The translations under genes were made by a program, and so were the position numbers. A DNA stretch of 64,000 nucleotides from Eledone cirrhosa (Eukaryota), in the NCBI GenBank assembly GCA_964016885.1, contig OZ024741.1, positions 172,050,001 to 172,114,000 of the forward strand. Direction: 5' to 3'. Shown here piece after piece: positions 1 to 11,929 of the stretch (position 1 is its first letter; each line of letters opens with the position of its first letter). The notes beneath the pieces were generated by a model. That model saw only the letters and a program-made list of their open reading frames with translations. It did no database searches and was not told where the DNA came from.

Positions 1-1756
1 CACCTCCCAGGTAATTAATTGGTTTAAAAATATTAGGTGTAAATCTTCTGCTTCTTTCCTACAGTTTGATATAGATAATTATTATTCTTCTATATCACCC
101 ATACTCCTGAACAAAGCATTAATATTTGCTAAAAATAGATCTAATTTAACTTCGGATGACATTAACATTATTACACATGCTAGACAAACACTTATTGAAT
201 TTCAGAATGAATACTGGACCAGAAACACTTATAGTAATCTTTTTGATATTACTATGGGTTCAAGCGATTCTGCCCAAATTACTGATCTTGTGGGCCTCTT
301 TCTCCTTTTCAACATAAATGCCTCTTTTCCCCACCTCAAAGGTGGTTTATATCGTGATGACTGTCTTCTTCTTTCTAACAACCTTAGCCTTTCAGAAATC
401 GAAAAAAACAAAAAGCATATTAGAACTTTCCTTAAAGACTATTATAATCTTAATATTACTTTTGAAAAAACAAGTAAAGTAGTAAATTTCCTAGATATAA
501 CTTTAGATTTAGCTACGGGTATATACCAACCTTACCATAAACCTAACCAAAACTTACATTACATACACTCACAATCTAATCACCCTAAATCTATCCTTAA
601 AAACCTTGCATATAATATATCACTTAGAATTTCTAACCTTTCTTCTAACCAAGATGTATTTGATAAAAATGCGACCTTTTATAATGAAGCTCTAGATAGA
701 AGTGGCCACAAAAATAGATTAGAGTATATAACTTCTACTAAAAATACTGAAAACATACAGCATAATATTACCAACAAACACCAAATGAAAAGTACACACC
801 TAAATGCCACCCACAGTATACCCCAAAATACTAAATCTTCTAATATAAAGTATAGTAACCCTCAAAAAACTACTCATCATAAGACTATAATAAATATTAA
901 TAATAAAACTCCTAATAAAAAAGATAAAACACCTAAATCTACAAATATAACTAAAAATAGTTGTGGTGAGATCATTAACATTATTCCTCCTAGTAAAAAT
1001 CATGATACAACATATAAAAATAATAAAAATAATAAACAACATAGAAACCGTAATAGACGAGTTACTTGGTATAATGCTCCTTTTAATTTACAAGTTAAGG
1101 ATAATATTGCTAAAAAATTTTTTTATATCCTTGAGAAAAACTTCCCGCCAAACCACAAATACCATCAAATCTTAAATAGGTCTACAGTTAAATTCTCATA
1201 TTCTACAACAAATAACATAAAACAAAATATAAGTGCATATAATGCATATAAATGTAAGAAAACTATAAGTATACCACCAGTACATCAAATTAACAATAAT
1301 ATCTCCTCAAATACAGAATTAACGAAAGGATGTAACTGTAGAAACAAAACAAACTGCCCATTAAAAGGGAATTGTCTTGTTAACAACATAGTCTATAAAT
1401 GTAATGTTAAAACTAAAGATTCTATTTGCTCATATATAGGAGCTACCTCTAACAATTTTAAGACAAGGTATAATACCCACAAACATAGCTTTAAAAATGC
1501 CGCACTGGCTAATACAACATCTCTAGCAGAAAAAATCAATAGTTATAAAAATAAAAATATAAAATATGATTTGACCTGGAGTGTGCTCAAAAGAGCCACC
1601 CCTTATCAAAATAATAGAAAGGAATGTAGATTATGTTCCCAAGAACTATTTGAAATAATGAAGTCTAGGGATATCTTATTAAATAAAAGACAGGAATTAA
1701 TTATATCGTGTAATCATAAACTAAAAAAAACATTTAAATACTATAAACCTAATTAA
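1..1756 (+). CDS. PLE reverse transcriptase-GIY-YIG endonuclease (GLYRDD type, probably Nematis-like); frame is open upstream of the annotated Met at 254
   Basis: Motifs QFDIDNYYSSI, MGSSDSAQITDLVG, GGLYRDD, FLDITLDL, SNHP, CNCR..CPLKGNC, IVY..YIG, FKTRYNTH, CRLC..E, LLN..CNH. Confidence 0.92.
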   Translation, partial: TSQVINWFKNIRCKSSASFLQFDIDNYYSSISPILLNKALIFAKNRSNLTSDDINIITHARQTLIEFQNEYWTRNTYSNLFDITMGSSDSAQITDLVGLFLLFNINASFPHLKGGLYRDDCLLLSNNLSLSEIEKNKKHIRTFLKDYYNLNITFEKTSKVVNFLDITLDLATGIYQPYHKPNQNLHYIHSQSNHPKSILKNLAYNISLRISNLSSNQDVFDKNATFYNEALDRSGHKNRLEYITSTKNTENIQHNITNKHQMKSTHLNATHSIPQNTKSSNIKYSNPQKTTHHKTIININNKTPNKKDKTPKSTNITKNSCGEIINIIPPSKNHDTTYKNNKNNKQHRNRNRRVTWYNAPFNLQVKDNIAKKFFYILEKNFPPNHKYHQILNRSTVKFSYSTTNNIKQNISAYNAYKCKKTISIPPVHQINNNISSNTELTKGCNCRNKTNCPLKGNCLVNNIVYKCNVKTKDSICSYIGATSNNFKTRYNTHKHSFKNAALANTTSLAEKINSYKNKNIKYDLTWSVLKRATPYQNNRKECRLCSQELFEIMKSRDILLNKRQELIISCNHKLKKTFKYYKPN

Positions 1757-2264
1757 TAACATTATTCTAGAATTTAATTTAATTTAAATGTTAGTTAACC
1801 TATAAATTTAATTTAATTAATATTTTATTACAGATGAGAAAATATTATGTAATCATTAATTTTGAAAAACCTTTAAATATTACTAATACATATTCAGTAA
1901 TTTAATTTATAGATTAATTTTAACTTATTTTAACCTTTTATTATAATTTTTTAATTTAGTTTAACCTTTTATTATAATTTTTTTTTATTATAATTCTTTT
2001 ACAGATAAAATATAACAAAATAATATCATGTATCCTATGACGGAGAAAGAATTTTTAGTATTATTGACCTAATTAATATACATTTTGGAAATATATTTAT
2101 TATTTGGTTTTAGCTTTAATCAACCTAAAACTTTAATTTTAATTTTAATTTGCTTAAAATTAGTATCCTTGTACAGACGAATTGCAGAATTTCATGTAAT
2201 CATAGAATGGGAGGTGTTTTTGGATATATACCTAGTTAATATATTCTGTGCAAATTTTTTGAAA

Positions 2265-3598
2265 AAGATATGTATATCTATATGTATATGTATATGTGTG
2301 TATTGTATGGGTGTCTGTATGTATATTTATGTGACTATATATGTATGTATGTGTATATATATGTATATATATATATATATATGTGTATGTATATGTATAT
2401 GTATGTGTATGTGTATGTATATGTATATGTATGCGTATTAATTTTGATTTTTATTTGCATATAATTATATTATGCTATTGATGAAATACAATATCTGCTT
2501 TATGTATTGTATACCTAATTAACATATACTAATTAACATATACTATTGAAATAAATATATAATTTTTAACTTAGTTAACATATAATTTATATGCTACTAC
2601 CGATGTAATACTTTATTTTATTTTTATTTGGGTTTCTTTTCCCTATTACTAATTTCATCTCCTAATATTGATACCATAACGTTATTAACTTTAATTTAGT
2701 TATAATGTAATTAATAATCTACTACTGTTTGACTTCATAATTCTGCTTCAAATATTATAAACCTAACTAATTTACACCTTGGAAATCAATATGTTGACTA
2801 TCTTTGGTTTAGTTGACATATGATTAATGGTATACTTTTTTATTTTGTGATGCATAGATTTCGTATTTCCTAGCACTGAAAATATGTAGGAACATACATT
2901 GAATTAAGATATGGAAAATATTATAAGTTTCTTGAAACATATATTTACTTTGATCCCCTTCTCCAAACCCCCCCCTTTCCCCCATACTATTATCATCTGT
3001 TTTTGTAAGTGTATATGTATGAATATATGTGTAGATGGGTGTCTATATAGTTTTTTTGGTATTTATTTCTAAATATAAAAATACATATATGAGCATGTAA
3101 ATATGAATGTAAGATTGAGTGTGTATATATGATTGTGCATACATATGTATGTATATATATGTATATATATGTATTATATATGTACGTGTATGTGAATGTG
3201 TGGTATATATATGTGTATGTATATGTATATATGTGTGTGTATGTGTATGCTTGTATATAGGAATATATATGTGTGTATATATGTATATATATGTATATGC
3301 GTGTTTGTATGTATGTGTATATGGGTTCTGTATATATTTGTATGTCTCTCTATTTATATGTTTATCTTCGTATCTATGTGATATATGTGTGTGTGTGTGC
3401 ACGTATGCATATGTATGTGTTTGTGTGTGTTTGTATGTGTGTGTGTATATATATATATGTATTTGCGCACACTCACATACACATATATATATATATATAT
3501 ATATATATGTGAGTGTGTATGTGTGTCTGTATGTGTGTGCGTGTGTGTATATGTGTATATATATTTATGTGTGTATGTGTGTGTATGTGTGTGTATAT

Positions 3599-3634
<36 letters not shown>

Positions 3635-3773
3635 ATATAGGTGTCTATGTGTGAATATATGTCTTTATTCGTATGTGTGTATTTATATATGTTTATATTT
3701 AGGTGTATGTATGTATGTGTATGTATGTATGTATATGTATGTATATGTATGTATATGTGTATATGTGTGTATA

Positions 3774-3810
<37 letters not shown>

Positions 3811-4023
3811 CTTTATTATTATTGTAATATAACTTATGTGTATATGTGTATAAGTGAGGTTGTGTATGTATATATACTATGTGTATATATAAGAGTAATG
3901 AAATATATATATATATATATATATATGTGCATGTCTGTATTTTATGTGTGTGTGTATATATATATGTGTATGTGTGTATATATGTATGTATATATACATA
4001 TATGTGTACGTGTGTGTATGTTG

Positions 4024-4068
<45 letters not shown>

Positions 4069-4177
4069 TGGATGTTTGTATGTGTTTTCATGGTGGTATG
4101 AGTGTGGGATATATATGTTTGTGTATAAGTATATGTATGTGTATGTATATATATATGAGTCTATGTGTGTGTGTATA

Positions 4178-4226
<49 letters not shown>

Positions 4227-4420
4227 ATGTGTGTATGTGTTGCGCGTGTGTGTGTCCGTATTTTTATCTTTTTATATGTGTATGTGTATGTTCGTGTAAA
4301 TGTATGTGTGTGTATGACAGTATAGGTATGTGTGTATGTATGTATGTGTTGATATCTCTATGTGCGCGTACATGTATGTATGTGTATGTATATCTGTATG
4401 CGTATGTACATTATATTATA
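2265..4420. repeat. Compound (TA)n/(TG)n/(TATG)n microsatellite field
   Basis: Visible dinucleotide and tetranucleotide repeats; source of the spurious YI/CV-rich ORFs. Confidence 0.95.
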
Positions 4421-4993
4421 TGTAATATATTTTATTGTTTTTATTTTTTTATTTTTCATAATTTATAGATACATTTATATTAGGCTGTCTGGTCTGACAA
4501 CCTAATACTGACCCCCCCCCCCCCTCCCACCTAATTTCTGTATCTTGATCTTGAAATGTGTGTACCAGTGTGTTTAAGTGAGTGACTTAATTTCTATTTG
4601 CTTATGATTTTATATCCACATATATAAATGTGAGTGGGGGAGTGCGTGTGTTTGTGTGTTCGTGGTTATGTGTATATTTATATATATACGCACATGTATG
4701 TGTGATTATACTGATATGTGTGAGTATGAAAAAAATATATTTATATGCTTGACTCCATAAGTATCATTGCGTATCTTATCAGCGCATTAAGCTTACAGAG
4801 ATATTAACCTTGAAATTTTTTATTTGCATCCATCTTTTTAGTATGCACATACAAATTATACACACATTATTGTAAAATGTGTGTAGGGTTTTACATGTAT
4901 ATACACACACCAAACTGCTTTTTAACCCTTTGTGTTTTCATTGGTCAATTTTGAACTGATATTTTGAATTGTTGTTATTATCAATAAATATAC

Positions 4994-5148
4994 TTCATTA
5001 TTTCTGAAGACGGCGTATATATGAGTTAGGTATGTATATTTAATCTTGATAATTTGTATAATTTTGTATAATTTTGTACATAGATCTGTTAAATATGCAT
5101 ACCAATTATAACACATATATACCCTAGAAACGATCGTTAAATAGTGAA
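4994..5148 (+). ncRNA. Type I hammerhead ribozyme with a very long helix II
   Basis: TTCATTATTT-CTGAAGA-[~115 nt hairpin: GTATATATG/CATATATAC, GTTA/TAAC, GGTATGTATATTTAA/TTAAATATGCATACC]-GAAAC-GATC-GTT^-AAATAGTGAA; helix I is 10 bp. Confidence 0.8.
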
Positions 5149-5187
5149 CTTTTTTTGTTTAATATAAGGAATTGTTTGTTCATTATT

Positions 5188-5235
<48 letters not shown>

Positions 5236-5390
5236 TAGAGAAATGTTGTAAACATATTTTATATATATATATATAGTAATAATATAATAATAAATTTGAA
5301 GACTAAAATCCAAAGAGGGCACGATAAGGATAAATATATATCAAATATATAAGAACCGTAGAGCAAATATTTATTAAAATAACAGATTAA

Positions 5391-5441
5391 AGTTTAAGCA
5401 AAGAATCGCTGCTTTGACCCTTAACGGGATCTTCTGAAACT
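5391..5441 (-). ncRNA. Hammerhead-like motif, CAGAAGA core variant (GAAA mutated to CAAA in this copy)
   Basis: Reverse complement reads AGTTT-CAGAAGA-TCCCGTTAAGGGT-CAAA-GCA...TGCT-T-AAACT; intact copies at 25814 and 50414. Confidence 0.45.
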
Positions 5442-6342
5442 AACAAAGTCAAGCTGTGAACGCAGAAGTGAATATTTCAAAAAACGTTGCAACCGGAGGA
5501 AGACAGGAAGACGATACTTTGGTTCGTAGAAACGTTCCTGGCAAAGAACGGGAAAAAACGAATATAATACGTCATTATTTGGAGCGGTGAAAAACAATTA
5601 CACGCAAAGACAAAACCACGTTTATGGTATAAAAGAGGTCGTAGACTAATATTCTAGACGTTCTCTGGCAATGAACGAAAAAAAACGAAGATTATACGTC
5701 ATATGTGGAGCGTGAAGAACAATTGCACGAAAAGACAAAACCACGTAAATGGTATAACTGAAGTCGTAGACTAAAATTCTAACTAGGAAACCGAATGATT
5801 CTCCGCTTCAGAGTTAAGAATAAAGTAAATAAAATACAATACAGAGGTAATTGAAATTAAATAAATACATACACGCATCCACATACGTACATACACAAGT
5901 AAACGTGAAAAACTCGTCATAGGTATACAAATACACGCACATATAAATATGTGTGTGTGTGTGCGCGTGTATACAAATAATTAAATACACGTATATAAAT
6001 AAATAAATACTTATATAACAAGCGCACACACATACCTACATGTAAATACACATATGTTCGGAGACGTACGTCAACCAAAACACGAAGTACACATATACAC
6101 ACACCCTGCATACGTACGAACCCGCATAATCACACAGACGCAAAACTCACGTATACACATAATCAGAAGCAGGTGTACCAGAATATATAAAATATACAAT
6201 CAAATATACGTACGAGAAAGTATACGTACCTTCACAAAACATACAGGTAATATATACTTACCTATACACATACGTAATGGTATAAACATAACATATACTT
6301 AGCTACCACATCAAGACGTAAAATATTGGCGTATAGATCGTA

Positions 6343-8366
6343 CTATCCGTTAGGGTATGATGTGGGGCTGTAATACAGGAAAGTGTTGTGCAATTTATGT
6401 TTACAAGCCGAAATTGCCTCAGATTTTTTGTTTAAGATGTGGTCTGTGGCGTAGAGTATTTCCAGGGCCTCAGCGGCGCAGAGGCCATATGATCTTTTAT
6501 TTCCGTTATACGATCTAGCCTTAGCTAGGATATCCCAGTGTAACTTATATTGGGTGTGGTTGTCTTTTAGACTCCAGATATAAGCTGAAAGTGACGTCAT
6601 ATTCCTTCTTAGAGGGTAACGAAAATAATGGGTATGCATGTAAAGACGCTGCTTGAATCTATTGGCGGTTAACCCTATGTAGGCCCTATGGGACGTGGGT
6701 GTTACAACCTTACATTTGTAGATAATGTTACTAGAGAAGCTTTTCCCGGATAGGGGGCAGTCAACCCGATTCCTACAATTAGTACTACAGGGTTGCACGT
6801 GTTCCTACGGCTAGGTAGTTTAGCTAAATTTGAAGCTGTGATGTTACGTGCAAGGTTAGGAGTCGTAGAGTAAGAATTTTAATAGTATTTCTATTAAAAA
6901 TGTTAGTATGTTTATGTGTAGGGGGAAAATGATTCGTAATAAGGGAGAGAAAGATCTTAGCTAATGGTGTGGCCACCTCCATATTATATGGTGGGTTATA
7001 CCAGGATCTATTTCTTCTAGGTCTATTCTTGTACTCTGTATATGCTACCTTATCGACAAATCCACTCCGAGCAAGAGTTTCATTGTAATATGTGGAATTC
7101 GTCGTTGAAAATATGCTCGTTAGTAGATAAACGGGAAAGCCTCAAAGAAACGTTTCTTACCAGGTTCTTGATTATGCTGGCAGGATGGTTAGAATGCTTA
7201 CTTATGTAATTAAGCGTATAATTCGGCTTTCTATACGGGTAATACAAGCCATTCGATAAATTCAGGGTAACGTCGAGGTATTTAACGACCGAGAGGTTGG
7301 CCGCAACCTGTATGGAGAGGCTGAAGCCTTTAAAGAAGGCTGTGTGTTCTTTTCTGAACCTGTCGCAAGCACGTGGGCCGCACTTAGTCATGGTCAAAAG
7401 ACCATCATCATGGTACAAACCACCGCCCACGTTGGGGAATTCGTCCTTGATATAGAAAAGAAGGAAAAAGCCGATAAGATCAGTAACCTCCGTAGAATCA
7501 CTGGCGCCCATACTCACGTCGAATGGGGTACTATTAGATTTTTTAATCCAAATAGAGTCGTCGAAATTAATCACCGACTTACGGGCATTGAGGATGACAT
7601 CAACTTCGAAATCCTTAACTACTGTGAGTGTTTTAGCGAAATTGATAGCTCTAAGGAGAAGTGGTAAAGTGATGGAGGAATAGTCATTATTGATGTCAAA
7701 TTGGATAAAACGGCAATGTTCCTCGTTGCATATGCCGTTGAACCAATCAATCACCGCGAAAGAATTGTTCCACAGTGCAAGAGGCGCCAAACTTCTAATT
7801 TCAGGTATAATTCTATCAATAATCCTTTCACTAAGTCTACCTAAATCGGACTTCGTAGGGTTAATAAGCCGAATAGAGGGGTTGTTCGGAAAATTGGATT
7901 TGTGATCCTTCATGGTAAAGTGAGGGAGAAATAGGGTCCAGAGGTTCAGTCTGGTCCAGGATGTTGAGATCAGAGGTGATTTTAAACCCAGCATCGTTGA
8001 TTTCATTAATAACGCAGCGATTAGTTTTACGGTAATCCTTAGTTACAGCTTTATGTAACAGTTTATGGTAAGTACTGCGCTCCACTTGATATAGATTGCC
8101 AGTTTTGTCGGAATGGATGTGCACGGCATTAGAATCCTTAATAGAACGAATTCTATTCTTCAGGTCCTGCTGGAAGGAATTGCTCCTAATCCGAAATTTG
8201 ATAATCCGTATGAGTTCCAAGACATCATTTTCAAAGGGTAGCAATGGTGGGTTAGACGGATGGTTATTATAGGTTTTAAACTCAGATTTATCCTGTTTGT
8301 TGTCTGCTTTTTGCTGATTATCGAAATAAAAGGCACGCCAACGCAACCTTTAATGAACGCGTCTGT
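6343..8366 (-). pseudogene. Frameshifted PLE RT-GIY-YIG ORF (GLYxDDGL type)
   Basis: LRWRAFYF, SDKTGNLY, KDHK..RLINPTKSDLG, QFDI, MGASDSTEVTDLIG, GGLYHDDGL, YLDVTLNL, SNHP; EN NCR..CPL, IIY..YIG, LC..E, CKH. Confidence 0.9.
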
Positions 8367-8449
8367 TTTCTGTAAGATCCCGTTACGGGTGAAAGCAGCG
8401 ATTCTTTGCTTAAACTTTAATCTGTTATTTTAATAAATATATATATATA

Positions 8450-10200
8450 TAATAGAAAAATTTGAACAGGGACAAGACAGAGAGGCAGTACAACAAATGT
8501 TTATTAATTTCACGCTCTTGAGAGTGGGGTGTATATATATATATATATAAAGAATGAATAATAACAGGTAGACATCATAAAAAGGTAATTTATTCCGTGT
8601 GCTTACAAGTGTTTCCACGGTGGTACTACAGCCTAGTTATGCTATGTGCAAATTCACAAGTACTTGCAGAACTCAAATATCCAATGCTGTGACCACTCTT
8701 TCCTCAGAGCAGAATGGTAAAATGTACAATGTAAATACCCTTAAGTGGGGTTGTTGGGGCAGATAGAGTAGAAAAGGAAGAGAGAAAAGTAGGGGGGAGG
8801 GAGAGAGAGAGAAAGATATGCAGGGGTTGGAGAAGTAGGAGAGAGTGGTTTGTAGATATCTTAATCAAAATGTTATGGTAGGGGTTTTATTATACTGGTT
8901 ACTTTTGGAGAGATGCGTCGATAGTTAAGGTCGGAATTATTTATTGCCCCAGAGAGCAGGTTCATAGATGTTGAGAGGGAGGTAGGCCAAAGGCGAGAGA
9001 GAAAGAGTGTAATGGTTGTAGAGAGAGAGGTAGAGAGGGGACAGACGAAGTTTGTGTGGTAAGTGAACTTTGGGTTTGTAGTAGTAATCTAGGAATTGCA
9101 CTGAGTTACCATTTATAGTGATAAGCAGTGTATTGTCTTGTAGTGTGGGGGGAAGAGAAGGTTGTTAGCTAGAAAGCGGTGTTATAGTTACGGGTTCGAA
9201 TGTTAAGTTATTTTATAGTGAGAGAATTTAGCTTTTAGTTTGTGGTTGCAGTATAATGATCGTTCAATTCTATCGTTAAGTAGTTTGTTTTTGGATTTTA
9301 ATATGTAAAAGAGCTCAAGGTTACATAACCTGCAGTACTTCAATCCACTCCGATATGCACTTGCGCTGGAAAGTATATTCCATTTTAAGGTGAACTGTTG
9401 GTTGTGTTCACGGAGTTGCCAGGTCTTGTTGGCGAGCGTGGTCACAAAACGGTGATTAGGATGTTTGATTGAGAATCGATGACGGTACCAGCGAGATTTA
9501 AACGAGGTGGTGGTAGATCCGATATAATACCATTTCTGGTCGTTCGATTCAACCGTGCATTGGTAAACAATGTTGGACTTTAGGCATTCATTCTTCAATG
9601 GACATATTTCAGGTAGATGGCAGTTACGTTCTTTGTTGTGGATAGCGGGTATACCATGGATATGTTGTGATAGCGGTACAGGTGGGTTGTGTAATACCCG
9701 TCTCCCATTTAGTGGTTGGGAGGCAGATATTGCGTTCTGCCCATCTGTTACTGAAATGTTTTGTTTTGTAGGGTTGTTTAATTGCCTTAAGTTAAGTTTT
9801 TTTATGTATGCTTCAAGGTTTGGTGCCGTGGAGTATGATAGTCTAATAGTTTTAGAGTTCAGAATGTTGCTGTATTTATGGGAACTAGGGAAGTGTTTGT
9901 TGATTAACTTAAAGAATGAAAGAGATAATTTTGTACTAATCGAGGCATTAAAAATAGGATTGTACCAGATATACTTTCTACAACGTGATTTATTTGGTGG
10001 TGATTTTCTATTATTAGTATGTCTGGTAGTACTGTGTGTGTGTGCTTGTATTTATATATATATAAGTTGTAACACAACAGTTAGTTTACCATAATTATTC
10101 TCGGTATGATGAACTACCTGTTGTGTTACTACTTCTACCAAACTCGACCCATGGATTGAGTGCTCTACCACTACAGATATTAGCTTCCATTGCTCTACCT
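8450..10200 (-). mobile_element. 5'-truncated Penelope-like element (thumb/linker + GIY-YIG) with 3' HHR
   Basis: ORF 9203-9598 has NECLKSNIVY..YIG..FKSRWYRH..CRLC..E..CNH; upstream WYNPIF and LSYS linker; (TA)n flanks. Confidence 0.85.
8600..8711 (-). ncRNA. Type I hammerhead ribozyme with extended helix II
   Basis: Reverse complement reads TGCT-CTGAGGA-[GTGGT/ACCAC, ACAGC/GCTGT stems]-GAAAC-ACTT-GTA^-AGCA; the base of helix II is poorly paired. Confidence 0.65.
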
Positions 10201-10201
10201 T

Positions 10202-10232
<31 letters not shown>

Positions 10233-10253
10233 TTGTGTGTACATATGTATATG

Positions 10254-10335
<82 letters not shown>

Positions 10336-10339
<4 letters not shown>

Positions 10340-11502
10340 CAGCGGGACCCGGCGTTGCACGGGGTAGGAAACGTGAAATAGCAACACGCATATGCAAAGA
10401 TTGAGGAATGTAGCTGTGTACTTTTTGAATTCCCTTATTCTCAGGGAATGATTGTTCATCTACTGGAAAGGTAGAACTCCGGCAGGCCCGAATCGTGTAA
10501 CATCTGCATGCATATGCAAAATCTGATGAAAATCAGCTGGATACTCTTTAAGCGTACTAAATCTTAGAGTATGATTTTTCTTCCATTTGGAGAAAATCGG
10601 TTAGGTACTTTTCAAGTTTTATAGATTCGCACCCAGTCATCCGGACAGACATCATCAGTTATGTCTATTGCACATGCTCGCATACTGTACAGAGTAAAGC
10701 CTGCAATGTTTGAGTAAGACATGTCATGCAACTGCACAGCATGCTGGGCCTACCACACAGGAGGCATAGCCTCTTCGTAAATCTACCCAATCTGATATAG
10801 ACTGAACTGTTATATCGGATGCCGAACGCTTCAGAGTTACTATTGGGGTCACCATTAACAATTTCAAGTGGGGGTCACCGCGGAATTAGCACAACCGCTG
10901 TTCGGCGTACATGCGCAGGGCGTTCTTACTGGGGTGTAGGTGCAACAAAAGGGGTCTTAGAAGTAGCACAGACGTGAGTTTTACGGTGTCAATAACACGC
11001 CAACATAATAGGGCCCGGATTTGCGCGCGATGAAAGCACGAAGCGTCAACAGGTCTCAGACAAAATTTTAAGGTCTTCCTCATTTCCTCAATCCTCCGAA
11101 AATGGTCCTGCTTAAAAGCAAGTAAGTATTGTGTCCTCTGTTAAATAAACCAAATTTTTAACGAAATATTATGCGTTGCTTACGATGTTTAATTAGCGTT
11201 TATATTGAAAATGAAAATGGCATCTAATGCCCAATGTTAATTCGTAAATTTCTTAGAAACCATTAATGGAATCGGAAATATTTTGTCCACAGCAATGCGA
11301 GGGGACTAACTAATGTGTGCTGCACAATTCGAGGAATTATCTGTAAGTAACGCCCCCAAAAAAGCTTTAAAATGCCTTTAAAATGCGGTTTTTAGGGCAG
11401 AAAAAGTAATAATGTTTTAACCCATTGCACATCAAGAAATATAAGTAAAGTTTGAAAAAGATCGGTCGGGTACTTTACACAGATAGACATCCTCTGTTTT
11501 AT
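10336..11502 (+). mobile_element. Non-autonomous Helitron-like element inserted in (TA)n
   Basis: Starts TAGCAGCGGGACCCGGCGTTGCACGGG (short hairpin); internal AAA(T)TTG..AAAATCGG-type motifs; ends ACAGATAGACATCCTCTGTTTTATA. Recognised by resemblance to TA-inserted Helitron-like repeats only. Confidence 0.5.
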
Positions 11503-11520
11503 ACATATATATATGTATCT

Positions 11521-11900
11521 ATGTATAGTATATTTGGCAATATACCGTATGTTTAATTAAAAAGATTTAGAAGACCATACGCTATTGGTTTTAAAGTAGC
11601 GACTATGTCACTTCTTTTCGGCGAAAGAGGGGAGAGAAGCTAACAGTCTATTTCACGCTGGTTGGCGATCCTCAGAGCCATGCACCCCTGCTTCCGCCGA
11701 AAATTATAGAAGCTGGATTCTTATAGAATTCCAGTAATAATAAGGAACTGATTATACAGAGCGATTGCCGGTCCAGCAAAAATTAGGTATTAGGATTGGT
11801 GCTTGGAAATAGCGATGTATACATGAATGTATGTATAGTTATTTGGCAATATACCGTATGTTTAACTAAAAATATTTAGAAGACCATACGCTCTCGGTTT
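11521..11900. repeat. ~70-bp direct repeat, period 310 bp
   Basis: ATTTGGCAATATACCGTATGTTTAA..TTTAGAAGACCATACGCT at about 11521-11590 and 11831-11900. Confidence 0.85.
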
Positions 11901-11929
11901 AAGCTGATAAGACCTCTTCCACCTTCAAA

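Larger units (their letters stand above)
1..5195 (+). mobile_element. Penelope-like retroelement (RT + C-terminal GIY-YIG), 5' end outside window, with a long microsatellite-rich 3' region ending in an HHR and (TA)n
   Basis: RT-EN ORF ends at 1756; HHR at 4994-5148; (TA)n from about 5194. Linking the ORF to this HHR across 3.2 kb is inferred from orientation and position. Confidence 0.7.
5270..8442 (-). mobile_element. Penelope-like element, decayed, with an inverted pLTR fragment at its 5' end
   Basis: Minus-strand RT/EN ORF pieces at 6343-8366; 3' pLTR at about 5270-5900; 8367-8442 is an inverted copy of about 5366-5440; (TA)n on both sides. Confidence 0.9.

Noticed and set aside
254-1756. 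Assignment to the Naiad clade or a selenoprotein PLE
   Set aside because: The EN is C-terminal, whereas Naiads have an N-terminal EN, and this ORF has no in-frame TGA at Cys positions
2085-4468. Many long YI/CV/HT-rich ORFs here and throughout the window
   Set aside because: They are translations of (TA)n/(TG)n/(TATG)n microsatellites, not genes
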